A model generated the notes under the pieces. It was not told the origin of the DNA, did not search any database, and saw nothing but the letters and a program-made list of their open reading frames with translations. 56,614 nucleotides of DNA from Candidatus Polarisedimenticolaceae bacterium (lineage in GTDB: Bacteria > Acidobacteriota > Polarisedimenticolia > Polarisedimenticolales > DASRJG01). Both the position numbers and the translations under genes were made by a program. The stretch spans positions 1 through 56,614 of the forward strand of contig DASRJG010000073.1 in the NCBI GenBank assembly GCA_035649595.1, in the 5' to 3' direction. Shown here one piece after another: positions 42,203 to 52,251 of the stretch. Numbering within the stretch: the stretch's first letter is position 1; each line of letters starts with the position of its first letter.

Positions 42203-42864
42203 CCGACCGGTCGCTTTCGGTTCCCGGATCGGACGCGATCGCCGCACGCGCAACAGCGGCGGGAGTCACGCTCTCGGAGAGCGGCGCAACAGCGCTCGAA
42301 GCTCACGCGCGAGCGGTGCTCGCCGCCAACGACCGGCTGCACCTCACGGCGATCACGGACCCGGGTGAGTTCCTGGAGCGACATCTCGGCGAAGCGTTCG
42401 AGGGCGCGGCGCTGTTGCCGGCCGGGATCACCGGTTCTCTGGTCGACCTCGGGAGCGGGAACGGCTATCCGGGGATTCCGCTGGCAGTCGCCCGCCCCGG
42501 TCTCGTGCCGTTTCTCGTCGAGCGCTCGATCAAGAAGGCGGCGTTCCTTCGGGAAGCTCTGGCACTGACCGGTCTCGGGGCCGGGGGTGTGATCGAGAGG
42601 AGCGTCGAGCGCGCGTCGGATCTAGCAGAGGTCGGGACTGTCCGCGTCCTCACCGTGCGGGCGATGGGTGGTTGGGAACGTATCGTTCCCAAGCTCCGAT
42701 CGAGCTTGGCGTCCGAGGCCGTGGTGCTGATCTGGGGCGGCGACGAAGCGCCCTCGGTTTTCGCGCGGAAGGCGTGGAGTCCCTTCGAGCTCGAGTCGGT
42801 CGCGAGACTCCCCGGGCGTCAACGATCCAACGTCTTTGCGTTGCGCGCGCGCGGACCGTCCTAG
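42199..42864 (+). CDS. rsmG: 16S rRNA (guanine527-N7)-methyltransferase RsmG (GidB)
   Basis: 221-aa ORF with a GTGA overlap with mnmG. SAM motif [14 protein letters not shown]. Confidence 0.9.
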   Translation: MTDRSLSVPGSDAIAARATAAGVTLSESGATALEAHARAVLAANDRLHLTAITDPGEFLERHLGEAFEGAALLPAGITGSLVDLGSGNGYPGIPLAVARPGLVPFLVERSIKKAAFLREALALTGLGAGGVIERSVERASDLAEVGTVRVLTVRAMGGWERIVPKLRSSLASEAVVLIWGGDEAPSVFARKAWSPFELESVARLPGRQRSNVFALRARGPS

Positions 42865-42902
42865 AAGTATTTAAAGTAATGTAGTTATAATCTCAATAAT
42901 CA
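42862..42902. other. about 40-bp AT-rich island in an otherwise GC-rich window; contains a perfect TATAAT (42886-42891)
   Basis: tagaagtatttaaagtaatgtagttataatctcaataatca, seen directly between rsmG and parA. Confidence 0.7.
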
Positions 42903-42919
42903 TGTTCCACGTGGAAACA
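42903..42919. promoter_or_regulatory. parS-like palindrome TGTTCCAC-GTGGAAACA; alternatively an inverted pair of DnaA-box cores
   Basis: It matches the parS consensus TGTTNCACGTGAAACA except for one extra G. The core TTCCACGTGGAA is a perfect palindrome. It sits between the TATAAT and the parA start. Confidence 0.5.
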
Positions 42920-42976
42920 TCGCGCTCGAGGAGCGCGTGTCGCGTGTTAAATTCCTCCTGGTTTTCTGGAGAGCCG

Positions 42977-43768
42977 ATGGGTCGCATCGTCGCCGTCGCC
43001 AATCAGAAAGGGGGCGTAGGAAAGACCACGACCTCTGTCAATCTGAGCGCTGCGTTGGCGATCGCCGAGCGACGGGTCCTATTGATCGACGCGGATCCCC
43101 AAGCAAATTCGACACGCGCGCTGGGAATCGAACCGGATCCAGAGCGTGCTTCCCTGTACGACGCGATCTCCGGCGAGGCATCCCTGTCCGACGTCGCACT
43201 CCCCGTGGATGGGCTCCCCCACCTCGCCCTCGTGCCGGGTGACCGCGATCTGATAGGAGCCGAGGTCGAGCTGACCGCTGTGGAGGGGCGTGAGTTCCTT
43301 CTCAAGAATCTGCTGACGGCAATCCGTGACAAGTACGAGCACGTGCTCATCGATTGTCCGCCCTCGCTCGGTCTCATGACCCTGAACGCGCTCACCGCAG
43401 CGGATGGCGTGCTGATTCCCGTCCAGTGCGAGTACCTCGCCCTCGAGGGGATCTCCCAGTTGGTGGACACTCTCGATCGCGTGCGCCAAGCCCTCAACCC
43501 CGCTCTGGAGATCGACGGCGTCGTCATGACGATGTACGACGATCGGACGAACCTCTCGCGACAAGTCGTCGATGAGGTCAGGAACGTCTTCGGGGAACGC
43601 GTTTACAAGACGGTTGTCCCTCGGAACATCCGGCTCGGCGAAGCGCCAAGCTACGGCAAGCCGATTTTCTTGTACGACATTCGCTCCAGGGGCGCCGAGG
43701 CATACCTCAGTCTCGCGAAGGAGTTCGTCGCGCATGAAGAGAAAGGCGTTGGGCAAGGGGCTCGGTAG
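42977..43768 (+). CDS. parA: chromosome partitioning ATPase ParA (Soj)
   Basis: Real start MGRIVAVANQKGGVGKTTTSVNL (ATG 42977, GGAGAG RBS) with the deviant Walker A. The track extension from 42902 was rejected. Confidence 0.95.
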   Translation: MGRIVAVANQKGGVGKTTTSVNLSAALAIAERRVLLIDADPQANSTRALGIEPDPERASLYDAISGEASLSDVALPVDGLPHLALVPGDRDLIGAEVELTAVEGREFLLKNLLTAIRDKYEHVLIDCPPSLGLMTLNALTAADGVLIPVQCEYLALEGISQLVDTLDRVRQALNPALEIDGVVMTMYDDRTNLSRQVVDEVRNVFGERVYKTVVPRNIRLGEAPSYGKPIFLYDIRSRGAEAYLSLAKEFVAHEEKGVGQGAR

Positions 43769-44684
43769 TCTGATTCCAAGTTCCATTCCGAGGCCTGCGG
43801 CAACCTCACCGGCAATGGCCGCAAACCCCAGTCCCCCGACATCCGAGCTTCGGGTCGAGATCAGCAAGATCCGGCCGAACCCCCGCCAGCCGCGGCAATC
43901 GTTCGATGAATCCGCGCTCGATGGTCTCGCCGAATCGATGAAGACCCAGGGCGTCCTGCAGCCGGTGGTCCTCCGTCCCTTACGCGACGGACAGTTCGAA
44001 TTGATCGCGGGAGAGCGGCGATGGCGAGCCGCTCAGCGGGCCGGAATTCATCGGATCCCGGCGATCGTGCGAGACGTTCCGGACGAGCAGCTCCTCGAAT
44101 TGGCTCTGATCGAGAACATTCAACGTGAAGAGCTCAACGCCATTGACGAAGCCGAAGCGTACCGGATCCTCATCGACGACCTGGTGCTGACTCAGAACGA
44201 GGTGGCGGAGCGCGTTGGGAAACAGCGCACCACCGTGGCGAATGCTCTACGGCTTCTGAACCTCCCCAAGCGGGTCCAGGACATGGTTCGGGATCGTCGC
44301 CTCTCCATGGGCCATGCGAGGGCCTTGCTCGCGCTCGAGGACGCGAAGGCCATCGAGCTTCTGGCCGAGCAGGTCATCTCGGAAGGTCTTTCGGTGCGGG
44401 CGGTGGAGTCCCGCGCGAAGCGTCCCGTCCGCCAGGGCCGTCCGGGCCGCCCGAGTCAAGTCGCGGATCCGAATATCGCTGCGGCCGAGGCGAGTCTTCA
44501 GCGAGCTCTCGGGACGCGGGTCAGAATCACCGGGAATGGCAAGATCGGCCGGGTCGAAATCCACTATCACAATCCGGAGCAGCTTCAGGGGATTTTCCAG
44601 GCGCTCACCGAACGGCACCGAGGGGAAACACCTGCGCCGACACATTTGTCGGCCGCCGACATTAATGTCGGCATTGATTCCTAG
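43734..44684 (+). CDS. parB: chromosome partitioning protein ParB (Spo0J)
   Basis: Real start MKRKALGKGLGSLI (ATG 43734). ParB box ..IAGERRWRAAQRAG.. and HTH ..LTQNEVAERVGKQRTTVANALRLL... Confidence 0.95.
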   Translation: MKRKALGKGLGSLIPSSIPRPAATSPAMAANPSPPTSELRVEISKIRPNPRQPRQSFDESALDGLAESMKTQGVLQPVVLRPLRDGQFELIAGERRWRAAQRAGIHRIPAIVRDVPDEQLLELALIENIQREELNAIDEAEAYRILIDDLVLTQNEVAERVGKQRTTVANALRLLNLPKRVQDMVRDRRLSMGHARALLALEDAKAIELLAEQVISEGLSVRAVESRAKRPVRQGRPGRPSQVADPNIAAAEASLQRALGTRVRITGNGKIGRVEIHYHNPEQLQGIFQALTERHRGETPAPTHLSAADINVGIDS

Positions 44685-44846
44685 TATACCAACGGCGAGG
44701 CATTGCGAAGCGGGCCGACAAGAGTGTCTGCCGCCGACGATAGTGTCGGCCGACGCACGCCGACGAATCGGTCGGCACATTTCAAAGCGCCGACTTTTCG
44801 GTCTGCGAACGGATGCCAGATTTCGACATCGAACTTCGGATGTCGA
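44648..44846. repeat. array of short palindromes: five GCCGAC-N6-GTC(G/T)GC units plus related inverted repeats, spanning the parB 3' end and the parB-bactofilin spacer
   Basis: Units lie at 44655-44672 (a perfect 18-bp palindrome, GCCGACATTAATGTCGGC), 44714-44731, 44733-44750, 44759-44776 and 44789-44806. Also GTCGGC-C-GCCGAC at 44648-44660 and TCGACATC-N8-GATGTCGA at 44823-44846. Confidence 0.8.
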
Positions 44847-44906
44847 TCCTGAGGCCACCCCGTAGCGCGCTAGCCGTCACGCCGCCGGATTCCCGACGCC
44901 GGCGCT

Positions 44907-44922
44907 TGGCACGTGCATCGCT
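44907..44922 (+). promoter_or_regulatory. sigma-54 (RpoN)-type promoter candidate TGGCACG-TGCA-TCGCT upstream of the bactofilin gene
   Basis: Compared with the consensus TGGCACG-N4-TTGCW, the GG/GC spacing is correct with one mismatch in the -12 element. It ends about 40 nt upstream of the bactofilin start. Confidence 0.45.
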
Positions 44923-44963
44923 CTCACGCGTGAACGCTCCGCAGCGGGGTGGGGGAGGTCATC

Positions 44964-45386
44964 GTGGGCAAGTGGCGTCTTCGAGCGAAGGATGGCGGGG
45001 ACAGCGCCGACATCGTCGGCTTCATCGGCGAAGGGACGGTCTTCACGGGGGAGCTCGTGCTCAAGGGGGGCGCCCGGATCGACGGGAAAGTGGTCGGGCG
45101 CATCGTTGCGCCGTCCCTGCTGATCGTCGGGCCGAACGGCGACATCGAGGCCGAAGAATTGCGGGCGAGTCGGATCACGGTCTGTGGAACGGTGCGCGGG
45201 CAGCTGTTCGTGGAGGAGCGTCTCGAGATCCAGCCCGGAGGTCGGGTCTGCGGTCACCTGACGATGCAGAAGGAAGGACTGGTCGTCGCTCCCGGAGGCA
45301 TCTTCGAGGGAGCCGTCGAGTACGCGAACATTGCCGAGCGCGACACGCGATCGCAGCGCGAGATGGAGATCGAAGCCGCCGTCTGA
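44964..45386 (+). CDS. bactofilin (DUF583) cytoskeletal polymer protein
   Basis: Repetitive beta-helix-type sequence (..GEGTVFTGELVLKGGARIDGKVVGRI......I.G.V.G.L..). GTG 44964 follows a GGGGGAGG RBS; the track start GTG 44949 is the alternative. Confidence 0.85.
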   Translation: MGKWRLRAKDGGDSADIVGFIGEGTVFTGELVLKGGARIDGKVVGRIVAPSLLIVGPNGDIEAEELRASRITVCGTVRGQLFVEERLEIQPGGRVCGHLTMQKEGLVVAPGGIFEGAVEYANIAERDTRSQREMEIEAAV

Positions 45387-45390
45387 TTGC

Positions 45391-45419
45391 TTGACCCCGT
45401 CCGACCCCTGTGCTAACGT
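45391..45419 (+). promoter_or_regulatory. weak candidate sigma-70 promoter of atpHAGDC (TTGACC-17 nt-TAACGT)
   Basis: Motif match only. Confidence 0.3.
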
Positions 45420-45485
45420 CGCCGATCTTCAACTAACCTCAAGCAACGACAGAGGTTGAGGCCGCGGCGGCTGCCAGGGGCACTC

Positions 45486-46028
45486 ATGAAAGACCGTAAG
45501 CTCGCGACGCGGTACGCGCGCGCCCTGCTCAGCGCTCTTCCCGAGACCTCCGAGCAAGACACCGCGGATGAGTTTCTCTCGGCGCTCGCCGCGAGCATCC
45601 GAGCGAATCCCGCGTTCCGAGCCTATCTCCTCGATCCGGCGAATCCGGCGCCCTCCAAGGACCTGCTGCTCCGGGGCCTCGCGGACACGCATCGCACGCC
45701 CAAGGCGGTCGCGGGACTCCTCGCCACGGTCGTGGCGAACCGACGTCTCGCGAACCTCGAGTCGATCGCCGCGGTGTTCCACGAGGAACGGGAACGCGCC
45801 CAAGGGAGGATCAGCGCCACCGTGGTGTCCGCGACCCCGATGGACCAGGAGCTGACCGCGCGGACGCGAGCCGCGCTCGAGCGGCTGACGGGGAGCAGGG
45901 TCAATCTGACCGCCCAGGTCGATGCGACGCTTCTCGGGGGCGTCGTGACCCGGATCGGATCGGTGATCTACGACGGAAGTCTCAAGACACAGCTCGCACG
46001 GCTGCGTCAATCAATGGGGAAGGAATAG
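45486..46028 (+). CDS. atpH: F1Fo ATP synthase delta (OSCP) subunit
   Basis: Real start [15 protein letters not shown] (ATG 45486). C-terminal ..[22 protein letters not shown].. is typical of AtpH. Confidence 0.9.
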   Translation: MKDRKLATRYARALLSALPETSEQDTADEFLSALAASIRANPAFRAYLLDPANPAPSKDLLLRGLADTHRTPKAVAGLLATVVANRRLANLESIAAVFHEERERAQGRISATVVSATPMDQELTARTRAALERLTGSRVNLTAQVDATLLGGVVTRIGSVIYDGSLKTQLARLRQSMGKE

Positions 46029-46033
46029 CAGGC

Positions 46034-47593
46034 ATGGAGATCAAGGTCGGCGAGATCAGCAAGGTGCTCCGCCAACGGATCGAGGCCTTCGACCGGACGA
46101 CCGATCAGGCCGAGGTCGGAAGCATCGTTTCCGTAGGCGACGGCATCGCCCGCATCTATGGGCTCGAGCGCGCCATGGCGGGCGAGCTCCTGGAGCTGCC
46201 GCACGGCGTCATGGGCATGGTGCTGAACCTCGAGGAGGACAGCGTCGGCGCGGTTCTCTTCGGCGAGACCGATCTCATCAAGGAAGGCGACCAGGTCCGC
46301 CGGACGCGGCGGATCATGGAGGTCCCGGCGGGCGAAGGGCTCATCGGCCGCGTGGTCAACACGCTCGGACAACCAATCGACGGCAAGGGCGCCATCCAGG
46401 CGACGCACAGCATGCCCGTCGAGCGCATCGCCCCGGGGGTCGTCGACCGTGTCCCCGTGAAGGAACCCCTGCAGACCGGCATCAAGCCGATCGACGCGAT
46501 GATCCCGATCGGGCGTGGCCAGCGCGAGCTGATCATCGGCGACCGGCAGACCGGAAAGACCGCGATCGCCCTGGACACGATCATCAACCAGAAGGGGAAG
46601 GGCGTCATCTGCATCTACGTGGCGATCGGCCAGAAGCAGTCGACGATCGCGCAGGTCGTGAGGACCCTCGAGGAGGAAGGGGCGCTCGGGTACTCGATCG
46701 TGGTCGCGGCCAACGCGTCGTCTCCGGCGCCGCTCCAATACCTCGCCCCGTATGCGGGATGCGCGATGGGGGAGTACTTCCAGTTCCATGGCGCGGACGG
46801 AAAGCCCGCGAGCGAGTCGAATCCCGGTCGCGCGGTCCTCTGCGTCTACGACGACCTGTCGAAACACGCGGTGTCGTACCGGGAGGTGTCGCTCCTGCTC
46901 CGGCGCCCGCCGGGGCGCGAGGCGTATCCGGGAGACGTTTTCTACCTCCACTCGCGCCTCCTCGAGCGTGCCTCCAAGCTCAACACGCCGCTCGGAGGCG
47001 GGTCGTTGACCGCGCTCCCCATCATCGAGACCCAGGCGGGCGACATCTCCGCCTACATTCCCACCAACGTCATCTCGATCACGGACGGCCAGATCTTCCT
47101 CGAGTCCGACCTGTTCTTTTCCGGAGTCCGGCCGGCGGTGAACGTCGGACTGTCGGTGAGCCGCGTGGGCGGCAACGCTCAGATCAAGGCGATGAAACAG
47201 GTCGCCGGGACCCTTCGCCTCTCGATGGCGCAGTACCGCGAGATGGCGGCGTTCGCCCAGTTCGGGTCCGATCTCGACAAGGCGACGCAGGACCAGCTGG
47301 CCCGCGGACAGCGGCTCGTCGAGGTGCTCAAGCAGGGTCAGTACGAGCCGGTTCCGGTGGAGAGACAGATCGTCATGATCTACGCGGGAACGAACGGGTT
47401 CCTCGACGACATCGACGTCCGCGACGTCGGCCCCTTCGAGGCGCACCTGAACGGGTACCTCGATCTGCATCACGGAGACCTTCTCTCCAGCATTGCGGCC
47501 AAGAAGACGCTCGACGACGACATCAAGAAGGCGATGGGCGCGGCGCTCGAGGCATGCAAGGCGGAGTTCAAGGCATCGCGCGCGGTCGCGTGA
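46034..47593 (+). CDS. atpA: F1 ATP synthase alpha subunit
   Basis: 519-aa ORF with Walker [10 protein letters not shown] and ..[27 protein letters not shown]... Confidence 0.97.
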   Translation: MEIKVGEISKVLRQRIEAFDRTTDQAEVGSIVSVGDGIARIYGLERAMAGELLELPHGVMGMVLNLEEDSVGAVLFGETDLIKEGDQVRRTRRIMEVPAGEGLIGRVVNTLGQPIDGKGAIQATHSMPVERIAPGVVDRVPVKEPLQTGIKPIDAMIPIGRGQRELIIGDRQTGKTAIALDTIINQKGKGVICIYVAIGQKQSTIAQVVRTLEEEGALGYSIVVAANASSPAPLQYLAPYAGCAMGEYFQFHGADGKPASESNPGRAVLCVYDDLSKHAVSYREVSLLLRRPPGREAYPGDVFYLHSRLLERASKLNTPLGGGSLTALPIIETQAGDISAYIPTNVISITDGQIFLESDLFFSGVRPAVNVGLSVSRVGGNAQIKAMKQVAGTLRLSMAQYREMAAFAQFGSDLDKATQDQLARGQRLVEVLKQGQYEPVPVERQIVMIYAGTNGFLDDIDVRDVGPFEAHLNGYLDLHHGDLLSSIAAKKTLDDDIKKAMGAALEACKAEFKASRAVA

Positions 47594-47600
47594 ACGGCGC

Positions 47601-50331
<2,731 letters not shown>

Positions 50332-50338
50332 CGGCGCG

Positions 50339-51487
50339 GTGAAGCGCATCCTGCCGGCCGTCGTCGCGCTCGCCTGCGCCGCGGGCTGCGGCGAGCCCGC
50401 CCGCGTCGGGGCGATCGTCTCGCGCAGCGGGGCGGCTTCGGCGTACGGCGCGCAGGTGGCTCGCGGATTCGATCTCGCGGTCGACGAGGTGAATGCGGCG
50501 GGCGGGGTCGAGGGGCGCAAGCTCACCCTGTTGTACCGGGACGACTCCACCAATCCCGAGATCGGTCTGGCCGCGATGAAAGAGCTCGTCGAGCGCGAGC
50601 GCGTCACGGCGGTGCTCGGCGCGGTGTCGTCGACCGTGACCCTCAGGCTCGCGCCTTACTGCGAGCGCCGCCACGTCGTGCTCCTCTCGCCCTCGGCGTC
50701 GGCACCGCAGATCTCCGAGGCGGGGGACTACGTGTTCCGCACGTTCCCGTCCGACGTCCTGGAAGGGGCCTCGATGGCGGAGTTCGCGCGGGACCTGGGA
50801 CTCGATCGCGTCGCGATCCTCTCGGTCGACAACGACTACGGCGTCTCGCTGGCACGGGTGTTCGACGAGCGGTTCCGCGCGTCGGGCGGAAGCATCGTCG
50901 CTTCGGCCTCGTTCACGGAGGGGGACGCGTCGTCGATCACGAGCGCGGTCGGCACGGTCGCGCCGGCGGCGGCGCGCGGGATCTACATCCCGGCGTACTC
51001 CGCCGACCTCGCGATCGCCCTCTCCGCGTTGAGGGGGGCGGGGCAGCGCGCGATCCTGCTGGGGACGTCGGCGACCACTCCCGAGCTCATACGGTCCGCG
51101 GGTCCCGCGGCGGAGAACCTGGTCTTCCCGATGCCCAGCTTCGACGCGACGTCGAGCGACCCTCCCGTGCGGTCGTTCGTGACGGCGTTCCGCGCCAGGT
51201 TCGGTGAAGACCCGGACGTCTACGCCGCGCACGCCTACGACACCGTGCGCGTCCTCGCGGCCGCGGCCGAGCGCGCGGGCTCGTGGGACGCGGACGAGCT
51301 TCGCGCCGCGCTCCTCCATATGGACGCCTACGAGGGCGCGACCGGACGCATGGTGTTCGACCCGAAGGGGGACGTGGTCCAGTACCCGCGCCTCTACGTC
51401 GTCCGCGGCGGGCAGGTCGTCGCCTACGATCGCTTCGTCGAGAGCGGCGGAGCGCTGCCCGTTCCGGGGAGGGCAACGACCCCATGA
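50339..51487 (+). CDS. LivJ-type (periplasmic binding protein type 1) ABC substrate-binding lipoprotein
   Basis: 382-aa ORF with a GTG start. Lipobox LACAAGC, then ..GAIVSRSGAASAYGAQVARGFDLAVDEVNAAGGV.GRKL.L...D. is typical of branched-chain amino acid binding proteins. Confidence 0.8.
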   Translation: MKRILPAVVALACAAGCGEPARVGAIVSRSGAASAYGAQVARGFDLAVDEVNAAGGVEGRKLTLLYRDDSTNPEIGLAAMKELVERERVTAVLGAVSSTVTLRLAPYCERRHVVLLSPSASAPQISEAGDYVFRTFPSDVLEGASMAEFARDLGLDRVAILSVDNDYGVSLARVFDERFRASGGSIVASASFTEGDASSITSAVGTVAPAAARGIYIPAYSADLAIALSALRGAGQRAILLGTSATTPELIRSAGPAAENLVFPMPSFDATSSDPPVRSFVTAFRARFGEDPDVYAAHAYDTVRVLAAAAERAGSWDADELRAALLHMDAYEGATGRMVFDPKGDVVQYPRLYVVRGGQVVAYDRFVESGGALPVPGRATTP

Positions 51488-52251
51488 CGCCGGTCGCCTC
51501 CCGGCCGTTCCTGTCGATCGTGGTGCCCGCCTACAACGAGGAGCGACGCCTGGGGGAATCCCTCGACAAGATCGGCGCGTATCTCGCCGCGGGGGACGTC
51601 GACGCGGAGATCGTCGTCGTCGACGACGGCTCGACCGACGGCACCGCGGAGCTGGCGGCGAGAGCGCTGCGCGCGAAGCGCGGCCGGGTCCTCCGCAACG
51701 GCGAGAACCGCGGCAAGGGGTTCTCCGTGCGCCATGGCATCACCCAGGCCGCCGGCCGGTTCGTCCTCGTGACCGACGCCGACCTGTCGACGCCGATCGA
51801 GGAGCACGGAAAGCTGGCGGCGATCATGCGCGACCGCGATCTGGACGTCGTGATCGGATCGCGGGCCTTGGCGGATTCGGACGTCCAGGTGCGGCAGGGG
51901 TGGCTGCGCCAGCTCATGGGCCGCGGATTCAATCGGATCATCCGCGGCCTCACCGGTCTGACGTACCGCGACACCCAGTGCGGCTTCAAGCTCATGGACC
52001 GTGACCGGGTGCTTCCCCTCGTGGAAAAGATGCAGATCGATCGGTTCGCGTACGACGTCGAGCTGTTGTTCCTCTGCGAGCGCTTCCGGCTCGCCGTGGC
52101 GGAAGTGCCGGTGATCTGGCGGAACGCGGTGGGATCGAAGGTGTCGCTCGTCGGGGATCCCCTCAACATGCTCCTGGACGTGGTGCGCGTGCGCTGGCGG
52201 TTCCGGCGGGGGCTCTACAACCCGTCGCGAGGAGATTCCGCCGGCTCATGA
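51484..52251 (+). CDS. family-2 glycosyltransferase (polyprenyl/dolichyl-phosphate glycosyltransferase-like)
   Basis: Real start MTPVASRPFLSIVVPAYNEE (ATG 51484, ATGA overlap). DDGSTDGT and DADL motifs. Confidence 0.85.
   Translation: MTPVASRPFLSIVVPAYNEERRLGESLDKIGAYLAAGDVDAEIVVVDDGSTDGTAELAARALRAKRGRVLRNGENRGKGFSVRHGITQAAGRFVLVTDADLSTPIEEHGKLAAIMRDRDLDVVIGSRALADSDVQVRQGWLRQLMGRGFNRIIRGLTGLTYRDTQCGFKLMDRDRVLPLVEKMQIDRFAYDVELLFLCERFRLAVAEVPVIWRNAVGSKVSLVGDPLNMLLDVVRVRWRFRRGLYNPSRGDSAGS

Noticed and set aside
42902-42976. The N-terminal 25-aa extension of the parA ORF (MFHVETSRSRS..) given by the track.
   Set aside because: It would start inside the AT-rich island and parS-like palindrome. 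The canonical ParA N-terminus MGRIVAVANQKGGVGKT has its own GGAGAG RBS at the right distance.
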